Shown one piece after another: positions 36,318 to 39,243 of a DNA stretch of 39,243 nt. The notes beneath the pieces were generated by a model. The model was not told the DNA's origin and made no database searches. It worked only from the letters and a program-made list of their open reading frames with translations. Source of the DNA: Candidatus Bathyarchaeia archaeon (GTDB taxonomy: Archaea; Thermoproteota; Bathyarchaeia; Bathyarchaeales; Bathycorpusculaceae); the NCBI GenBank assembly GCA_049970895.1, contig JBMFMB010000015.1, positions 1-39,243 of the forward strand, read 5' to 3'. Position numbers and translations under genes: made by a program. Positions within the stretch are counted from its first letter, which is position 1. Every line of letters begins with the position of its first letter.

Positions 36318-36674
36318 ATGGCTATGGCTAGGGCTTGCACCCCATGGTATCCAACAATTTTCCCGGAGAAATGCGACGGCTGTGCACCTTTCGGAAAGCC
36401 CCGCTGCGTGGAATACTGCCCAAACGGGGTATTCGCCTTCATAGACGGAAAAGCTGTTGTGGCTAACCCCCACAAATGTGTTAGTGGCTGCACCGCATGC
36501 GAACCCCTGTGCCACAAAAAAGCCATAACCTTCCCAAAACCCCAATACGCCACATCACCGCTGAAAACCGAAGAAAAGGGTTTACTAAGGAAAACCACAT
36601 GCAAGAAATGCGGCAAAGTCTTCTGGACAAACCGTGAAAGCGACTTATGCTTCGACTGCGAAAGCAAACGCTAG
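36318..36674 (+). CDS. 2x[4Fe-4S] ferredoxin fused to CxxC-x12-CxxC zinc finger
   Basis: WYPTI..CDGC..CVEYCP, CVSGCTACEPLC, then CKKC-x12-CFDC. Confidence 0.85.
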   Translation: MAMARACTPWYPTIFPEKCDGCAPFGKPRCVEYCPNGVFAFIDGKAVVANPHKCVSGCTACEPLCHKKAITFPKPQYATSPLKTEEKGLLRKTTCKKCGKVFWTNRESDLCFDCESKR

Positions 36675-36682
36675 CGTGGTAA

Positions 36683-37106
36683 CTATATCTCTGGCAGCCT
36701 TTTTATGTCCTCAAATTTTTTGAAAATGCTTGTCAAAAGTGTAAATTTCACTTATTCCATGAGCTTTCACAAGCAAATAAGCCAAGGCATCGTTGGCGCT
36801 TATCTCCTTCTCCCTCGCTAAAAGCAAGGCTGCCTCATAATCTCTTACGCCAACCAAACAAACCTTCACATTTTCACTGGTTACAACTTAAGCCAGAAAG
36901 CCCAAAGATTCCTTAACGCCAAGTCCAGTCTCCACTATATTTACAACCTCTGAGAGGTGAACAACTGTGGTGGCAACCTCCTCGCTACCCTCTATCGTTT
37001 TCACAATGGCTTTGGCCTCATCCTTAATTCTCCGCTCATCTTTAGTCGGAGGTCTGCGGGGAATTAGGTAGGCATGAAGAAAAACATTCGAGTCTACAAA
37101 CTTCAA
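36683..37106 (-). pseudogene. VapC/PIN toxin pseudogene
   Basis: KFVDSNVF..SEV..; in-frame TAA at 36888-36890, then ANDALAY..EIYTFDKHF and a terminal frameshift. Confidence 0.82.
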
Positions 37107-37336
37107 TGTTCCTAAGCTCCGACAAAGTCTTCTTAAGAGCATGAGAAGTTTACATACTCAGAAACCTTAATTGAATCGAACAAAAGCGGAGGGTGGAAGC
37201 GCTTCCACAGAAACAATCTCAATCATGTTTCCCCGCTTTATCAAAGCCGATTTACGAGACTTGAAACTCTTCCTTCAACGCGCCGGAATCGAAACTCTTC
37301 CCTGAGAATCCATCTCCTTAACAACAATTCCACCAT
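37100..37336 (-). pseudogene. AbrB/MazE-type antitoxin pseudogene
   Basis: KEMDSQGRVSIPAR* (in-frame TGA) ..MIEIVSV with frameshifts; directly upstream of the PIN gene. Confidence 0.72.
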
Positions 37337-37346
37337 CTATATCATC

Positions 37347-37372
37347 TTCACCAAAAATACGAATATGGTGAA
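37347..37372. promoter_or_regulatory. 7-12-7 inverted repeat TTCACCA/TGGTGAA next to a TATA-like box (toxin-antitoxin operator candidate)
   Basis: Perfect arms at 37347-37353 and 37366-37372; minus-strand TTATATTT adjacent. Confidence 0.45.
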
Positions 37373-37392
37373 ATATAAGTGTTCCACAAGAG

Positions 37393-38025
37393 CTATTTAA
37401 GCTTATAACCCCACTTTTTGTTTATCTTCTCAAGCTTTTCTGAAAGCCTCTTAGCCCGTTCTTCCGCTTCCTCAAAAAGGACAGCCCACTCCCGACGCTT
37501 AACAAGGTTTGTAAGCTTTTCAATGTTTGCTGGCACTTTTTCCATGGCTGCAACCCACTTCTTCGTCACAGCACCATCCTCCGCCACGATTTCTAGGGCT
37601 TCTTCTGGACAGAACTCCACACATTGGGGTCCCTCAGGATCATCCTTGCACAAGTCGCAGACTAGGACGGAGGTTTTGTCTGGGTGAAGCGAAATTCCAC
37701 CGTATGGGCAAGCTTGAATGCACCAGCCGCAGCGGTCGCATTTAGCCTCATCAATGAGGATGAAGCCCTCCTCAGATTGGGTTAGGGCTTTTCTGGGGCA
37801 AGCTCTAACGCATGGTGCATCCTCGCAGAACCGGCATGTTAGGGCTAGGTTGAAGGCTGGTGTTAGGCGTATAACCCTAATCCTAGACCTTAAAGGATTC
37901 CAAAGAGGCTCATTCTTTTCTAAAACGCACACGTATTCGCATAGGCTGCAGCCAGTGCACTTGGCTGGGTCAACAGCCACAAACTTTCTCGAAACACCCT
38001 TAACCATGAACGGCATCTCCGCCAA
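37393..38025 (-). CDS. 4x[4Fe-4S] electron-transfer protein (CooF/HydN/DmsB-like) with C-terminal helical tail
   Basis: CTGCSLCEYVC, CRFCEDAPCVRACP, CDRCGWCIQACP, CDLC..PQCVEFCP. Confidence 0.88.
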   Translation of the reverse strand: MAEMPFMVKGVSRKFVAVDPAKCTGCSLCEYVCVLEKNEPLWNPLRSRIRVIRLTPAFNLALTCRFCEDAPCVRACPRKALTQSEEGFILIDEAKCDRCGWCIQACPYGGISLHPDKTSVLVCDLCKDDPEGPQCVEFCPEEALEIVAEDGAVTKKWVAAMEKVPANIEKLTNLVKRREWAVLFEEAEERAKRLSEKLEKINKKWGYKLK

Positions 38026-38096
38026 TTTTGGGTTAAATGTTCTCCTACAAACCCATTTTTATAATTTCCCTTCTCAAAGGCTTTAAACTAACATGG

Positions 38097-38801
38097 CTAA
38101 AGCACAACTCCTATTTTTCCGCCAAGCACAAGCCTCCTCCCCGTAAAGCTTGCTGTATAGGCGTAAACTTCAACTCCCTTTTCTGCAGCTGTGCGGAGTG
38201 TTCTCCCAAACTTCTGGTCAACATCATCGTTAGGCTTAAACATGTGGGCGTTATCCCTCTGAACAACGAAAAGCACTGCAGCTCTATACCCATCACCTAA
38301 GGCTTTGGCAAGCTCAAAAATGTGTCTGGCTCCCCTTTCTGTTGGGGCGTCCGGAAACATTGCAACACCACTCCGCACAAGGGTGCAAGACTTAACCTCC
38401 AAAAGGCAAGGCCTCAATCCAGAACCTTCAAGGAGAAAGTCAAACTTCGCCCGCCCATACGGGTGTTCAGGCTTAATAGAAGTGTAGCCAGCGAATTCCG
38501 GCAAATCACCATTTTTTAAGGCTTCAAAAACAAGCCTGTTAGGAAAACGCGAATCAATAGACACCACTGTGCCTCCGTGGTAAACGCCAACAATGTCATA
38601 GGCTGTTTTCCTGCCACCGGCAAAAACCTCTTTTAAAATAACTTTCGCGCCGCGAAAAAGGAGCCCCTTGAGCCTACCGGGATTAGGCAAAAAGCACTCC
38701 ACAATTTTCCCGCCAACCTCAACATGCGCTGAGAAACGGGTTAGCCGCTTCCTAAAAACTCCTTCCAAGATGTTCCCTTCGATTTCGAAGAAAGTGGGCA
38801 A
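38097..38801 (-). CDS. sfsA: SfsA-family DNA/RNA nuclease (sugar fermentation stimulation protein)
   Basis: RF, PNPGRL, RKT.YD, LEVKSCTL, FPDAPTERGARH motifs. Confidence 0.94.
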   Translation of the reverse strand: MPTFFEIEGNILEGVFRKRLTRFSAHVEVGGKIVECFLPNPGRLKGLLFRGAKVILKEVFAGGRKTAYDIVGVYHGGTVVSIDSRFPNRLVFEALKNGDLPEFAGYTSIKPEHPYGRAKFDFLLEGSGLRPCLLEVKSCTLVRSGVAMFPDAPTERGARHIFELAKALGDGYRAAVLFVVQRDNAHMFKPNDDVDQKFGRTLRTAAEKGVEVYAYTASFTGRRLVLGGKIGVVL

Positions 38802-39102
38802 TTCAATTCACAAACTTGAATTAAAAACGCTGTTCAGCTTAATCTTTTCTGCAGGAAAACTAGAGAGGGTATGTATTTGTTAAAAGACAACTGCAAAACT
38901 GCAATTATGACGCTTCGCTACGGAATTACTTCGAATTCGAAAGATGGGAGCTCCTTCCGCAAAATCCCCTCTTTTTCTGTCTTTTGGGTGAAAGAAAAAT
39001 TTTCAACGTTCAGTTAAACATTACTAACATTATGAAAGGCGTTTTCCACTCAGGCTGAAACCTAAAGCCAGCAGCAAGGCATGCGCGCTAGGCTCGTAAC
39101 TC

Positions 39103-39243
39103 TTATGTTTTCCGCCTTACTTCCCTTGACACTTCATACAGAATTCCATCCTCCGACAGGATTAGGACGCTACCACACTTCAAACACCTGTAATACCGAT
39201 TCACTCCCCTCTCGCCCCTCTGTTCACCTAGAAGCTCAACTTC
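39103..39243 (-). CDS. Partial small Zn-ribbon protein (5' end outside window)
   Basis: Open frame to the edge: EVELLGEQRGERGVNRYYRCLKCGSVLILSEDGILYEVSREVRRKT*. Confidence 0.6.
   Translation of the reverse strand, partial: EVELLGEQRGERGVNRYYRCLKCGSVLILSEDGILYEVSREVRRKT

Noticed and set aside
30353-36674. hgcAB mercury-methylation locus
   Set aside because: No corrinoid-binding HgcA cap-helix motif (N(V/I)WCAAGK) and no CdhD-like gene; only ferredoxins and the small FeS domain are present
1106-38883. Numerous antisense or nested ORFs in the track (e.g. 21914-22453, 3654-4112, 35218-35685, 19214-19432)
   Set aside because: Shadow frames of well-supported genes or tRNAs with no motifs of their own
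38802-39102. Possible ncRNA/riboswitch in the 300-bp gap (TTCGAATTCGAA palindrome, CTGCAA repeat)
   Set aside because: No recognisable RNA family motif or extended stem; an Infernal/Rfam search would be needed
1-39243. CRISPR array, rRNA, intact transposase/integrase, inteins
   Set aside because: No regularly spaced repeats, rRNA-like sequence, recombinase ORF or intein-sized insertion seen

Overview
Archaeal chromosomal segment, probably from a thermophilic TACK-lineage archaeon. Bathyarchaeia is my inference from the mix of PoK/PPS CoA synthesis, cdrS-ftsZ, TIP49, reverse gyrase and GTP-PEPCK. Bases 1-26.5 kb are mostly housekeeping: a CoA operon (pantoate kinase, phosphopantothenate synthetase, ECF S-component, MfnA-type decarboxylase, coaBC), htrA, thiL, an AmmeMemoRadiSam radical SAM gene, an MFS transporter, TIP49, trmY, rgy, nadX, cdrS-ftsZ, an MtaB-type methylthiotransferase, pckG and four tRNAs (Pro-TGG, Thr-CGT, intron-containing Thr-GGT, Leu-TAG). 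Decayed material is interspersed: a diverged second copy of the coaBC 3' end, a 200-bp MITE-like element, and GNAT and nitroreductase pseudogenes. The most unusual part is a ~10 kb Cys/His-rich metal(loid)-redox island at 26.5-36.7 kb. It carries two CVC-motif ArsR regulators, an ArsP/DUF318 permease, three thioredoxin-like proteins, two DGC proteins, two AcsC/RnfB-type Fe-S-domain proteins, three related ferredoxins, a stand-alone HdrA-N-like domain, small Zn-finger proteins, and a PadR/poly-His/cupin/ABC/ubiquitin-like operon. Its genes come in adjacent paralog pairs, often with one partner lacking a key Cys. Four promoters share a motif, and no known detoxification enzyme (arsC, arsM, acr3, merA/B, hgcA) is visible in the window. 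A pseudogenised vapBC, a 4Fe-4S protein, sfsA and a partial Zn-ribbon ORF close the window. All family assignments come from motif recognition by eye; no database searches were run.
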